Below, one piece after another: positions 1-10,499 of a stretch of 64,000 nt of DNA. The notes under the pieces are model-generated. The model ran no database searches, was not told where the DNA came from, and saw only the letters and a list, made by a program, of their open reading frames with translations. The translations under genes were made by a program, and so were the position numbers. The stretch is from Oculina patagonica (Eukaryota), in contig NC_135760.1 in assembly GCF_052425735.1 (NCBI RefSeq), positions 19,840,001 through 19,904,000 on the forward strand. Reading direction: 5' to 3'. Each line of letters starts with the position of its first letter. Within the stretch, counting starts at the first letter, position 1.

Positions 1-189
1 TTGACTAATTGATTAATTGATAGGTTGCTTGATTATTTGCTTGTGTGATTAATTGATTGATTGACTGGTTGATTAATAGACTGCTAGCTTGATTATTTGA
101 TAGACAGATTGAATGACTGATGGATTGACTTATTGATTGAATGATTAATCTAGATTGACTGGTTTTGTGACTGATAGATTGCTTGCTTG

Positions 190-226
<37 letters not shown>
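1..226. repeat. Degenerate (GATT)n microsatellite, intronic
   Basis: Imperfect then near-perfect GATT/TGAT tandem units, running up to the polypyrimidine tract of the next exon. Confidence 0.9.
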
Positions 227-252
227 TTTTTATCGCTTCCTTGCTTTTTAAG

Positions 253-703
253 GTGGGGAAGTGATGGGTGGACACGATCACTAAGAAAAGCAGGACAACA
301 AGATGGACTGGAATTCAAGAACTGGAAAAACTGGCCAAATTCTTTACATGGCCACCGTTTAATTCATCTAGCTGGAATACAGAAAGGACCTGAAGGACAA
401 GGGAAAGCTAAAGATCTTCTGTTTCGTATGATTTATGAAGATGGTAAAAACGTCAGTAATGTTGACACATTGATTGAGGCTGCCAAAGAGCTGGGGTTAG
501 AAGGTGCTGAGGATTACCTCAAGTCATCGCATGACTTGGACTTGGTTTTGTCTGAAGATTCTCGTGCAAAATCTCAAATGAAGATATCTGGTGTTCCATA
601 TTTTGTTATATCTAGCAGCGATAAACAAAAGAAGGCAGTAACTTTGTCAGGGGCCCAAGGCACAGAACGATTTTTAGCGGCATTCAGTCATTTAACCCAA
701 TAG
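253..703 (+). CDS. Terminal exon of a DsbA/FrnE-like (DSBA thioredoxin-fold) protein
   Basis: Acceptor ttttaag| at 252. The translation has PNSLHGHRLIHLA, LFRMIYEDGKNVSNVDTLIEAAKELGL, ISGVPYF (cis-Pro loop) and LSGAQ, typical of the C-terminal half of the FrnE/DsbA family. Stop TAG 701-703; AATAAA at 1028 and 1086. The CxxC exon lies upstream of the window. Confidence 0.85.
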
Positions 704-1597
704 TCTTCTTTTAAAATTATTTGGAGTGTAACACAACACTTCTCACCAAAGACAAGTGTTGTGTTACCATAGTAACAGGCTCATGGTGTTATGGGTTCAC
801 ACATTAGCCCATTTCAGCCATTTCCATTTGGAGCAGATATTTAAACCTCGCCATTCTTTGCCCATATGCTGGTGCTCCCCAACTAACCAAACGCCTAGAA
901 CAGGCAAGTCACACCAGAGCTAATGGTAAAGCAAGTGAGAAAGTGAAAAAAGTTACTTTCCATGTCTTGCTGTCTTGCTTTGAAGTCACTGGTGATACGT
1001 AAAATTAACTAATGTTAGTTATACTGAATAAACACTTTGTAACCGTTATTTAGATAAACTATATCCAAGAGACAATTCAACAAATAATAAAAGCATTTTA
1101 TTTACAAGAAAGTTAAATCTCAGTGCAATTGATATTTCCATTGCCCCAGAACAAGGCACTGATTAAGGGTTGTTAACTTAAAAGTTTTACCGGTATGTAA
1201 AAAAAATGCTTTGAATAATTCTACTGTTCATCACATTGTCTCTCAAAGATAAAAAGCTTGTGTACAGTGGTTTAAGAATGTTGTTTTGGAATATTGTTGG
1301 ACAAAGAAGTGACTAAGCCATTAAAAATATTTACAGTATTTTTTATTATTCCTTTGTGATGAAGTTTTTTGTTCAGTCTTTCCCGAGCATGCATCTTGTT
1401 TGTCTTGATTCTTATAAATGCAAAAAGACAAATAAGTGCTTTAATTCCAAGCAGTAGTGTTCTCAGCGCAAAGACAAGTTTTAAGAGTATATCTGGGACC
1501 AAGCGGTTTAGGGTAAAATGAAACTAAGTGTGCATGTTAAAGGCAATAGTTAAGTAATGCAGAAGCCCTATGCTTTGTGCTCACCACACACAGTATA

Positions 1598-2040
1598 TAC
1601 CGCAAAATGCTGATAATGAGCCCTGGGATTAGTTTTGTTCAAAATGTGTGTGTTTTATATTTCTTTTTGTTGGGGGGGGGGGGGGGGTGGGGATGGTGAT
1701 CAAACATTTGGGGTAGCTATTATGGGGCAGGAGGGAGTTGGGGGTGGGGTTGATCATGAGTGTAATGTTGGGGTGGCTTATTATGGAAAGGGGAGGTAGA
1801 GGTGGCTATATGCATCAGGGGGTTGGGGGATCTTTTATGTAGGGGGCTTTTGGGGGGATTATTATAAGAAGGGGGTTTGGGGGGTAAGAGACGGGCTTGT
1901 TATCAGAAGGAAATAGCGGGTTTATGGGGTTATATTCGGGGGTAGGGAAGGCTTAATATGAAAGGGTATTTTTGTTCTAGATTACAGGAATTTTAATTTA
2001 TTCATGAAGGGAGAGGACTTATTACCAGAATTTTACGGTA
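1598..2040. mobile_element. G-rich MITE (Tc1/mariner-like, TA flanks); second copy at about 6020-6474
   Basis: Termini taccgcaaaatgctgataatgagccc ... ggacttattaccagaattttacggta, in a TATA context, with internal GGGG(N)CTTAT repeats. Confidence 0.7.
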
Positions 2041-2167
2041 TATACTGCGTACACTAAGCGCGAACACAAGGATTAAGCACGACTTAACTATCCCCTCTCT
2101 CATGTACAACTTACTTCATTAGCCACCAAACCCCTTGGCCCCAGGGTGTGTAGTCTTCGTCAACTCC

Positions 2168-3766
2168 TCAGAGAGGAGCGACCTTGTTCTTTTTGAATCG
2201 AAACCATCTGCGAGTCTTCGTCGCCTTCTTCTGTACATTGGTCGCAATTTCCAAGGTTTCCTTCTCCATATCTTCATCAGCGTTGTTTGAACTGTCGCGT
2301 GAAGAACATGTTCTCGCATCATACTCTTCGTTCTTTTCACTTCCTGACGTGCTTGGCTCCTGGAACTCTTCAACAGGGGTTGGGGGACTTTCCCATGGGC
2401 TGACCGACTCCAAGGTTAATTCATCCTCGCTTTCCACGGATGTGGAAAGGTCCCATGAGTTGATGGAACAAGGACTATTCGTTCCCCTCGCTTGCACCTT
2501 GACTGCGCTTTCTGAGACTGAGTTTTCCACCGTGTCTTGTTGGCCAACGTTTGGTTCCTCCAATTCTTCATCCGGAGTTGTGGAACTGTCCCAGGAATCC
2601 CAGTTTAAGTTGTTGGTGGAAGGAGTCCTTGTTTCCACGCTGTTGTGACCGTTTTCAAAGCTCTCTGAAGTTGATTTGACTCCGTTGATGACGGGAAGGC
2701 CAATGCTTGGTTTCTGCAGATTTCTTCTCGATATGGTGAAAGTTCTTCGCGAGACAGTGACGCGCGGTCTTGTTTCTGCGCCGTTCTCGCGCTGGTTGTC
2801 CGCGCTTTCCGAGACTGTTTGAACCTCTCTGAAGTGGCGGTCAGTTCTTGGTTCTTCAAGGTCTTCATCAGAAGTCATAGAACTGTCCCAAGAACTGGAG
2901 GTGCATGTACTTGTACTTGCAGGACTGCAGCTTCTAGAGCTGTTTTTTGAGCTGCTGTCGCGGCAGTCTTCCACGTTCACGCCTAAAATTCGCGCAATGG
3001 TTTCATCGGTTGGCAGAACCGCGGCACGGCTGTCGGGTTCCTGTACAGCCTTTCTCTTGATGGCATTTTTAATCTTCTTTATGAGTCGTAGTTTGTTGGT
3101 GTGCATTTCTTCTTCTTGGCTGCGGACGCGCTGTGGTGTTCTCTTCAGCTTTTCTTCGGCAAGCTGTTGTTCTTGCTTGAGCTTCTTAGAATACACTTGT
3201 TCCCATTTCGAAGGGCGCTGTGGCAATGAAATGTTGGGTCCCTTGTGGAGTCCGGATGGCCCAGGGCGCTCCTTTGCCCAGTTTCTCGCACCATCTCCAC
3301 CATTTTTCTGTTCTTTCGATTGGCGCTCATTCTTCGAACGAGAGAAAACCGGATTCTCCACCGATGTTAACGCATCAGACTGGTCATCGTTTTGCTTGCC
3401 AAGCCCATGATTTCTGGCATTCCTTGGTAAGCAAGACTTCAGCCTCTTGTCGAAATCTTCTTCTTGTGTGTGAGCGACATCACACCCGTCTTCTGACACA
3501 AATGATGATGTATCTGATGATAACTCATCGTCTGCTTCGTTGCCAAGAGTTTCAACGCTACCAGATACCACCGCGGCAGACCCGGTGTCTTGTCTTGATT
3601 CTAGCGGAGATTCCCATGAACCCGTGTTTGAAGGGCATCGAATGTGGATTGCAACAACGGGCGTTTCCTCAATATCTTCGCTTTTCTTTTTTCTCTCGTC
3701 TTTTTCGATTTTTCCGACTTTCTCGACTGTGCTATCTGAGCAAATCACTGAATTGCAACTCCCCAT
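2168..3766 (-). CDS. Intronless 532-aa Ser/Glu/Thr-rich uncharacterised protein with N-terminal myristoylation/palmitoylation motif and C-terminal VxPx motif (copy 1)
   Basis: Long ATG-initiated ORF starting MGSCNS (MGxxxS plus Cys4) and ending RRWFRFKKNKVAPL*. Internal repeats SSWDSS-x-TS/P-DE-LEEP. The sequence is conserved in the duplicate. No recognisable folded domain. Confidence 0.75.
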   Translation of the reverse strand: MGSCNSVICSDSTVEKVGKIEKDERKKKSEDIEETPVVAIHIRCPSNTGSWESPLESRQDTGSAAVVSGSVETLGNEADDELSSDTSSFVSEDGCDVAHTQEEDFDKRLKSCLPRNARNHGLGKQNDDQSDALTSVENPVFSRSKNERQSKEQKNGGDGARNWAKERPGPSGLHKGPNISLPQRPSKWEQVYSKKLKQEQQLAEEKLKRTPQRVRSQEEEMHTNKLRLIKKIKNAIKRKAVQEPDSRAAVLPTDETIARILGVNVEDCRDSSSKNSSRSCSPASTSTCTSSSWDSSMTSDEDLEEPRTDRHFREVQTVSESADNQRENGAETRPRVTVSRRTFTISRRNLQKPSIGLPVINGVKSTSESFENGHNSVETRTPSTNNLNWDSWDSSTTPDEELEEPNVGQQDTVENSVSESAVKVQARGTNSPCSINSWDLSTSVESEDELTLESVSPWESPPTPVEEFQEPSTSGSEKNEEYDARTCSSRDSSNNADEDMEKETLEIATNVQKKATKTRRWFRFKKNKVAPL

Positions 3767-3829
3767 GATAACGCGAATCTACTTTCGAACGAAAAAAACT
3801 CATTCTGTCTTTTTTAATTGTGACGCAAA

Positions 3830-3900
3830 TATTATTAGCAATTGACGTGTTCCAGATTGGCTGCACGTGCGCGTGCAAACGAGGCACGCAGCCTCGTTTT
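3830..3900 (-). promoter_or_regulatory. Putative proximal promoter of the orphan gene (also at about 8262-8335)
   Basis: CCAAT box (ATTGG on +), CACGTG E-box and TGACG half-CRE within about 130 bp upstream of the ATG, conserved in both copies. Motif evidence only. Confidence 0.35.
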
Positions 3901-4128
3901 CGATTCTGTCCGGTATTTTTCTGTTTCACTTAGCAAAATTAGGTGCGAAGCTTTTTGAAAATGAATTTTTTTATCAGTGCAAATCCTACTGATGTCGTTC
4001 TATAAATTTGCAAGTTTCAATTAACTTCCGCGGAGGATTAAAATTCAGATGAAAATCAAGCAAATCCGTAAACATAATTTTCAAACAGGAAAATACTTTC
4101 AAGACGTGCACAATGATCAAACTTGCAT

Positions 4129-4471
4129 GGCCTGGCTAAACTAGAAAACATTGTTGCGGAAACATTGTTCCTTGTCATGTTTCCCAGGTGGCTAAATTAG
4201 CGGGAATCAAGGAAAATGGTTTGCTGCTCGAGTGGCTAAACTTATAAAAAATGTTCCAGGAAGAAAGTGTCACGCATGTGCATTAACTAGACAACATTGC
4301 TTCCATTGTTTGCGGGAAGCAAAAATGTTTTTGACCTGAGGCAGAAACAGTTGTTTACGTGAAGCAAAATTTGTTTCTGCAACATATGTTTCCCGCGTGG
4401 CAAAACTGCGAAACATTTGCGTCCGCGACAATGCATGTTTCCGGAACAATGTTTCCTAGTTTAGCCAGGCC
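4129..4471. mobile_element. MITE with ~35-bp TIRs
   Basis: ggcctggctaaactagaaaacattgttgcggaaaca ... tgtttccggaacaatgtttcctagtttagccaggcc, at the right edge of duplication unit 1. Confidence 0.75.
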
Positions 4472-5178
4472 TTTTAAATTGAAGATAGCTAAATTATGCA
4501 AGATGGCGGCATGTGCCGACACTGAAAGTAAAGCCAGAACTTTTTATTAAGTATTGTTACTCGCAGAAAAAGTTAGAATTTCGGGAATTAAATGGAGCAA
4601 TCAGACTGGATTGAGACAATGAGATGTCCTTCTTTAAAGGAATGCGCAACTTGGGAAGCGAATGACTTACAATTAAGAACTGGTATTCATGAACTTTCTT
4701 TCCCGATTTGGAGTGTTTGCTATTGCTTCTCGCCCTGCCTGAGATGCTAGTGCATCGCATATAATTCCTCTTCCTCTTCATTCTTTAGCATTTTATCAGC
4801 AGCACTGAAAGTTCGCCTATGAGATTCCACTCCCGTTCATCCCAAGTGACAGAGATAGGCGGCCAAGGAAAGCTGACTCAGTGAATTAGATTAGAGGTTC
4901 ATAGGCTCTTGCTGTTATAGGGTCACATGCATGTTAGGCCGTTTCAGACATTCCATTTGGAGCAGATATTTTCCACTCGACATACTTTGCTTAAATGCTG
5001 CTGTTCCCCAACGAACTTAAGGCCTAGAACAGGCTAGTCACACATGAGAGCTAAGAGTAAAGTAAATGAAAGTTACTTTCAATGTCTTCTTGTCTTGATG
5101 TTACTAGGGCGATCAGTGTTTGACATAATAAAAATTTTGGTTTGTATCTGATCTAAAAATGTTGGTAAAAAACGTATA

Positions 5179-5221
5179 AAACTGAATTTTCGGTAACTCT
5201 CTGCTACCTTCATCAGAGTTT
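5179..5221 (-). ncRNA. Minimal type-I hammerhead ribozyme motif (inverted twin)
   Basis: Exact reverse complement of 5272-5314. Confidence 0.75.
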
Positions 5222-5271
5222 AAATTGGTTCAGTTTTTGCATTTTTGCAGTTTTTGTTTTTGCATCAATTT

Positions 5272-5314
5272 AAACTCTGATGAAGGTAGCAGAGAGTTAC
5301 CGAAAATTCAGTTT
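5272..5314 (+). ncRNA. Minimal type-I hammerhead ribozyme motif
   Basis: AAACU-CUGAUGA-A-GGUAGC(AGAGA)GUUACC-GAAA-AU-UC-AGUUU: stem I AAACU/AGUUU, stem II GGUAGC/GUUACC, intact CUGANGA and GAAA, UC cleavage site, palindromic AAUU in place of stem III. Confidence 0.75.
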
Positions 5315-6602
5315 TATACGTTTTTTACCAACATTTTTAGATCAGATACAAACCAAAATTTCTTCTTGTCTTGCTGTCTTCCTTTGAAGTCGCTGGTGAG
5401 ACTTTATATTAACAAATGTTACTAACACTGAATAAACACTTTGAACTGGTGCCTGATTTGAGTAACCGTTATTTAGATAAACTATATCTAAGAGACAATT
5501 CAACAAATAATAAAAGCAATTTATTTACAAGAAAGTTAAATCTCAGTGCAATTGATATTTTCATTGCCCCAGAACAAGGCACTGATTAAGGGTTGTTAAC
5601 TTAAAAGTTTTACCGGTATGTTAAAAAAATGCTTTGAATAATTCTACTGTTCATCACATTGTCTCTCAAAGATAAAAAGCTTGTGTACAGTGGTTTAAGA
5701 ATTTTGTTTTGGAATATTGTTGGACAAAGAAGTGACTAAGCCATTAAAAATATTTACAGTATTTTCCATTATTCCTTTGTGATGAAGTTTTTTGTTCAGT
5801 CTTTCCCGAGCATGCGTCTTGTTTGTCTTGATTCTTATAAATGCAAAAAGACAAAAAGTGCTTTAATTCCAAGCAGTAGTGTTCTCAGCGCAAACGACAA
5901 GTTTTAAGAGTATATCTGGGACCAAGCGGTTTGGGAGAAAATGAAACTAAGTGTACATGTGAAAGGCAATAGTTAAGTAATGCAGAAGCCCTATGCTTCG
6001 TGCTCACCACACACAGTATATACCGCAAAATGCTGATAATGAGCCCTGGGATTAGTTTTGTTCAAAATGTGTGTGTTTTATATTTGTTTTTGTTGGGGGG
6101 GGAGGGGGGGTGGTGATCAAACATTTGGGGTAGCTATTATGGGGCAGGAGGGAGTTGGGGGTGAGGTTATTGCTGGGGTGGGGTTGATCATGAGTGTAAT
6201 GTTGGGGTGGCTTATTATGGAAAGGGGAGGTAGAGGTGGCTATATGCATCAGGGGGTTGGGGGATCTTTTATGTAGGGGGCTTTTGGGGGGATTATTATA
6301 AGAAGGGGGTTTGGGGGGTAAGAGACGGGCTTGTTATCAGAAGGAAATAGCGGGTTTATGGGGTTATATTCGGGGGTAGGGAAGGCTTAATATGAAAGGG
6401 TATTTTTGTTCTAGATTACAGGAACTTTAATTTATTCATGAAGGGAGAGGACTTATTACCAGAATTTTACGGTATATACTGCGTACACTGAGCGCGAAGC
6501 ACAAGGATTAAGCACGACTTAACTATTCCCTCTCTCGTGTACAACTTACTTCATTAGCCACCAAACCCCTTGGCCCCAGGGTGTGTAGTCTTCGTCAACT
6601 CC

Positions 6603-8200
6603 TCAGAGAGGAGCGACCTTGTTCTTTTTGAATCGAAACCATCTGCGAGTCTTCGTCGCCTTCTTCTGTACATTGGTCGCAATTTCCAAAGTTTCCTTCT
6701 CCATATCTTCCTCAGCGTTGTTTGAACTGTCGCGTAAAGAACATGTTCTCGCATCATTCTCTTCGTTCTTTTCACTTCCTGACGTGCTTGGCTCCTGGAA
6801 CTCTTCATCAGGAGTTGGGGGACTTTCCCATGGGCTGACCGACTCCAAGGTTAATTCATCCTCACTTTCCGCGGATGTGGAAAGGTCCCATGAGTTGATG
6901 GTGCAAGGACTATTCGTTCCCCTCGCTTGCACCTTGACTGCGCTTTCTGAGACTGAGTTTTCCACCGTGTCTTGTTGGCCAACGTTTGGTTCCTCCAATT
7001 CTTCATCCGGAGTTGTGGAACTGTCCCAGGAATCCCAGTTTAAGTTGTTGGTGGAAGGAGTCCTTGTTTCCACGCTGTTGTGACCGTTTTCAAAGCTCTC
7101 TGAACTTGATTTGACTCCGTTGATGACAGGAAGGCCAATGCTTGGTTTCTGCAGATTTCTTCTCGGTATGGTGAAAGTTCTTCGCGAGACAGTGACGCGC
7201 GGTCTTGTTTCTGCGCCGTTCTCGCGCTGGTTGTCCGCGCTTTCCGAGACTGTTTGAACCTCTCTGAAGTGGCGGTCAGTTCTTGGTTCTTCAAGGTCTT
7301 CATCAGAAGTCATAGAACTGTCCCACGAACTGGAGGTGGATGTACTTGTACTTGCAGGACTGCAGCATCTAGAGCTGTTTTTTGAGCTGCTGTCGCGGCA
7401 GTCTTCCACGGTCACGCCAAAAATTCGCGCAATGGTTTCATCGGTTGGCAGAACCGCGGCACGGCTGTCGGGTTCCTGTACAGCCTTTCTCTTGATGGCA
7501 TTTTTAATCTTCTTTATGAGTCGTAGTTTGTTGGTGTGCATTTCTTCTTCTTGGCTGCGGACGCGCTGTGGTTTTCTCTTCAGCTTTTCTTCGGCAAGCT
7601 GTTGTTCTTGCTTGAGCTTCTTAGAATACACTTGTTCCCATTTCGAAGGGCGCTGTGGCAATGAAATGTTGGGTCCCTTGTGGAGTCCGGATGGCCCAGG
7701 GCGCTCCTTTGCCCAGTTTCTCGCACCATCTCCACCATTTCTCTGTTCTTTCGATTGGCGCTCATTCTTCGAACGAGAAAAACCGGATTCTCCACCGATG
7801 TTAACGCATCGGACTGGTCATCGTTTTGTTGGCCAAGTCCATGACTTCGAACATTCCTTTGTAAGCAAGACTTCACCCTTTTGTCCGAAGTGTTTTCTTG
7901 TGAGTGAGAGACATCACACTCGTCTTCCGAAACAAATAACGAGGTATCTGATGATAACTCATCGTCGGCTTCGTTACCAAGAGTTTCAACGCTACCGGAT
8001 ACTGCCGCGGCAGACCCGGTGTCTTGTCTTGATTCAAGCGGAGATTCCCGTGAACCCGTGTTTGATGGGCATCGAATGTGGATCGCAACAACGGGCGTTT
8101 CCTCAATATCTTCGCTTTTCATTTTTCTCTCGTCTTTTTCGATTTTCCCGACTTCCTCGACTGGGTTATCTGAGCAAATCACTGAATTGCAACTCCCCAT
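6603..8200 (-). pseudogene. Frameshifted paralog (copy 2) of the 532-aa MGSCNS...KVAPL gene
   Basis: 1598 bp vs 1599 bp. Copy 1 gaacgAGAGAAAAccgg becomes gaacgAGAAAAAccgg at about 7776-7782, splitting it into ORFs 7580-8200 and 6603-7661. This could also be an assembly indel. Confidence 0.7.
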
Positions 8201-8844
8201 GATTACGCAAGTCTACCTTCGGAAAAAAAAAACTCTTTCTGAATTTTTAATTGTGACGCAAATATTATTAGCAATTGACGTGTTCCAGATTGGTTGCACG
8301 TGCGCGTGCAAACGAGGCACGCAGCCTCGTTTTCGATTCTGTACGCCCGCCCCTTTGTTCTGCTTCACTATTTCCCTTTACTAAGCAAAATGGAGTTTGC
8401 GAAGCTTTTTGAAAATGTTTCTTTTTATTAGTGCAAAATCCACTGTTGTCGTGTTCTTCATTCTACAAATTTGCAAGTCTCGATTCAAATTCAAACTGCA
8501 AAATGGTTTTCAAGCAAATCTGTAAATTATAGTTTTCAAACAGGAAACTTTTTCCAAGACGTGCGCAATGATCAAATTCGCTTATGGAAGTAACATCTTT
8601 TATTCGCTCTCCAATTTGATGCAAGGGTCTCTTCTGGCCAGAGCACAAACCCAGGCTACCCTATCTGGGGTTCAACAAACAAACAGTTCGACGCAACATC
8701 CCGCCTTCGCTGTCTGAGACTTTCATTTTCAACGTGCGCTAAAAATTACCTCTGGAACCTCATATCAACAGCATCCAGTGAGTGTTTGGTTTTGGAGATG
8801 TTGAGCCGAGATCTTTCCCTCGCGATCCGATTAAATTCACGTTA

Positions 8845-9086
8845 GGCCATCCTAATAAACTGTTTCGTTTCCCATCGCCCGACCGACCCTTTTTTTTCGA
8901 AAAGTAAAAAAAAAAAAAAAAAAAAAATTCCAGATGCACTAATCAAAGAAGAAGTATCGATAAAAGTACTTTAATTTACAAGCACACGATCCTGTTTTAT
9001 TTTAATAAAAGATTGCAAGATTACAAGATTGTGCGCCAATTGTTGTTAAAACAACAAATTTATTGTTATGATGCGATCTCCTTGTT

Positions 9087-9146
<60 letters not shown>

Positions 9147-9811
9147 CTTTTATTAGGAAGCCTTCATTCACTATACAGTGGTTTTCAGAAAGGTCCTAAC
9201 TAAGATTAAAAATACTTAATAAGACTATATACAATAAAACGAAAAATACCTAAGAATTAAAAACTATTATTAAAAACTAACTTGAATACAAAAGAAAGAA
9301 TTAACTAAAAAACCTACTTAGAACGCTACGCTTAAAATTTACAAAATCAAGTGCATTTCTAGTGTCTCTGTCTAGGTTATTCCAGTCTTTCAGAGAGTGA
9401 TAACACACTCTCTGCTTTCCCCAATTTTTGGTTACATGAGGTAGCCTAAGCATGTCTTTATTCCTTGTGTTATAGCTATGAATGTCCCTGTTAGCTAGTA
9501 ACTCCATAGAGTGATCCATAAGTCCATTTATACACTTATAAACATATATACAGCGATGATAAAATCTACGTTGTTCTAGGTTAAGCCACTTTAAAGCTAC
9601 GAGGGCATCAGAAGCCGACGAATAAAGTGGTCTGTCCAGGATGATTTTCGCGGAACGAACGAAAAGACCACGTTTTCGCGTTGACTTTGTAACCAGGCTT
9701 TCTTCCTTCAAACGTTCATTCTTTTTTCTTTCTTTTTTCTTTGCCCGACCGACCGACCCAACATCACAAGAGACGGGGCGATGGGAAGCGAAACATTTTA
9801 TTGGGATGGCC
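8845..9811. mobile_element. MITE (GGCCATCC TIRs, TA flanks) interrupted by a LINE fragment
   Basis: ggccatcctaataaactgtttcgtttcccatcgccc ... ggggcgatgggaagcgaaacattttattgggatggcc. Confidence 0.7.
9087..9650 (-). mobile_element. 5'-truncated LINE (L2/CR1/Crack-like) 3' end with (ATT)n tail
   Basis: ORF 9301-9650 reads KIIL...LKWLNLEQRRFYHRCIYVYKCINGL...HSYNTRNK...WNNL...FKR, the typical post-RT C-terminus. It is followed by a 3'UTR with AATAAA and a tail seen as (AAT)n at 9087-9146. Confidence 0.85.
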
Positions 9812-9983
9812 TAACTGTACACTAGCAATGGTGCGAGCGGAGAGATTTCAGACGTGGAGTCACACCTTGTGCGCCCCAGGCTCTCTCAGCATTCAGATCA
9901 AGGATGGCCGCCCGGCTCGCCTAACTACTAACCCGCTGGTCGTAAAAAGAGGAGACTCACTGCATTGTAGGCTAGTTTGAATG

Positions 9984-10499
9984 CAGTTGAAGCCCGGTAA
10001 CTCGAACCCTGAAGGGAGACGAAAAACAATTCGAGTTATCGGGGTTGATTGAATATTTACTTTGTCAGGTTAATAATTGATATTTCACTGATTTTTCAGC
10101 ACTTCAGTATACAGTACAGCGTAAATTAAACTAATCTCGTCAGAAACTCTAACACGATCATACATTCTTATAAGAGTGGAAAATGACTGTCAAATACGTG
10201 ATCTGTACCTGTTGGTTGCTCCAATCAATGGGCAACCGTGGCGAGTTGCAAGAACCGGAACCCGAGTTATCGGGGTAATATTGACCCAAATTTTTGATGA
10301 AGGGAAACGAAATTTAGTTCGAGTTAGCGGGGTTTTCGAGTTATCCCAGTTCGAGTAAACCGAGTAAAAATGACTGAAAAGTGAGATCAAATCCAAGGGA
10401 AATGGAAGTTAGTTCGAGTCAGCGGGGTGTTCGAGAACAGTCTTCTTTGGCCCTTTTTCCGGAACCGGCTATCCGAGTACGAGTTACCGGTGTTCTACA
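9984..10499. mobile_element. Tc1/mariner-pogo-like MITE
   Basis: cagttgaagcccggtaactcgaac ... gtacgagttaccggtgttctac, with repeated TTCGAGTTA motifs. Confidence 0.6.

Larger units (their letters stand above)
5098..5360. mobile_element. Penelope-like (PLE) pLTR insertion, inverted arrangement, 13-bp target-site duplication
   Basis: Absent from the paralogous site in unit 1 (about 960-975). Flanked by tcttcttgtcttg at 5085-5097 and 5361-5373. Perfect 96-bp inverted arms at 5132-5227 and 5266-5361, each with a hammerhead core. Confidence 0.75.
775..8580. repeat. Tandem segmental duplication: unit 1 about 775-4125, unit 2 about 4900-8580
   Basis: Long co-linear near-identity (e.g. 1040-3930 vs 5463-8340; ORF offset 4435 bp), covering 3'UTR-like sequence, a MITE, the ORF and its upstream region. 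Confidence 0.95.

Noticed and set aside
221-703. Bacterial contamination suggested by the DsbA/FrnE-like ORF
   Set aside because: The ORF lacks its N-terminus, begins at a canonical splice acceptor after a microsatellite intron, and has poly(A) signals.
2119-8384. Numerous overlapping ORFs (e.g. 2184-2648 +, 2901-3410 +, 3220-3768 +, 7336-8202 +)
   Set aside because: Antisense or alternate-frame shadows of the Ser/Glu-rich gene and its duplicate; mostly non-ATG starts and no domain features.
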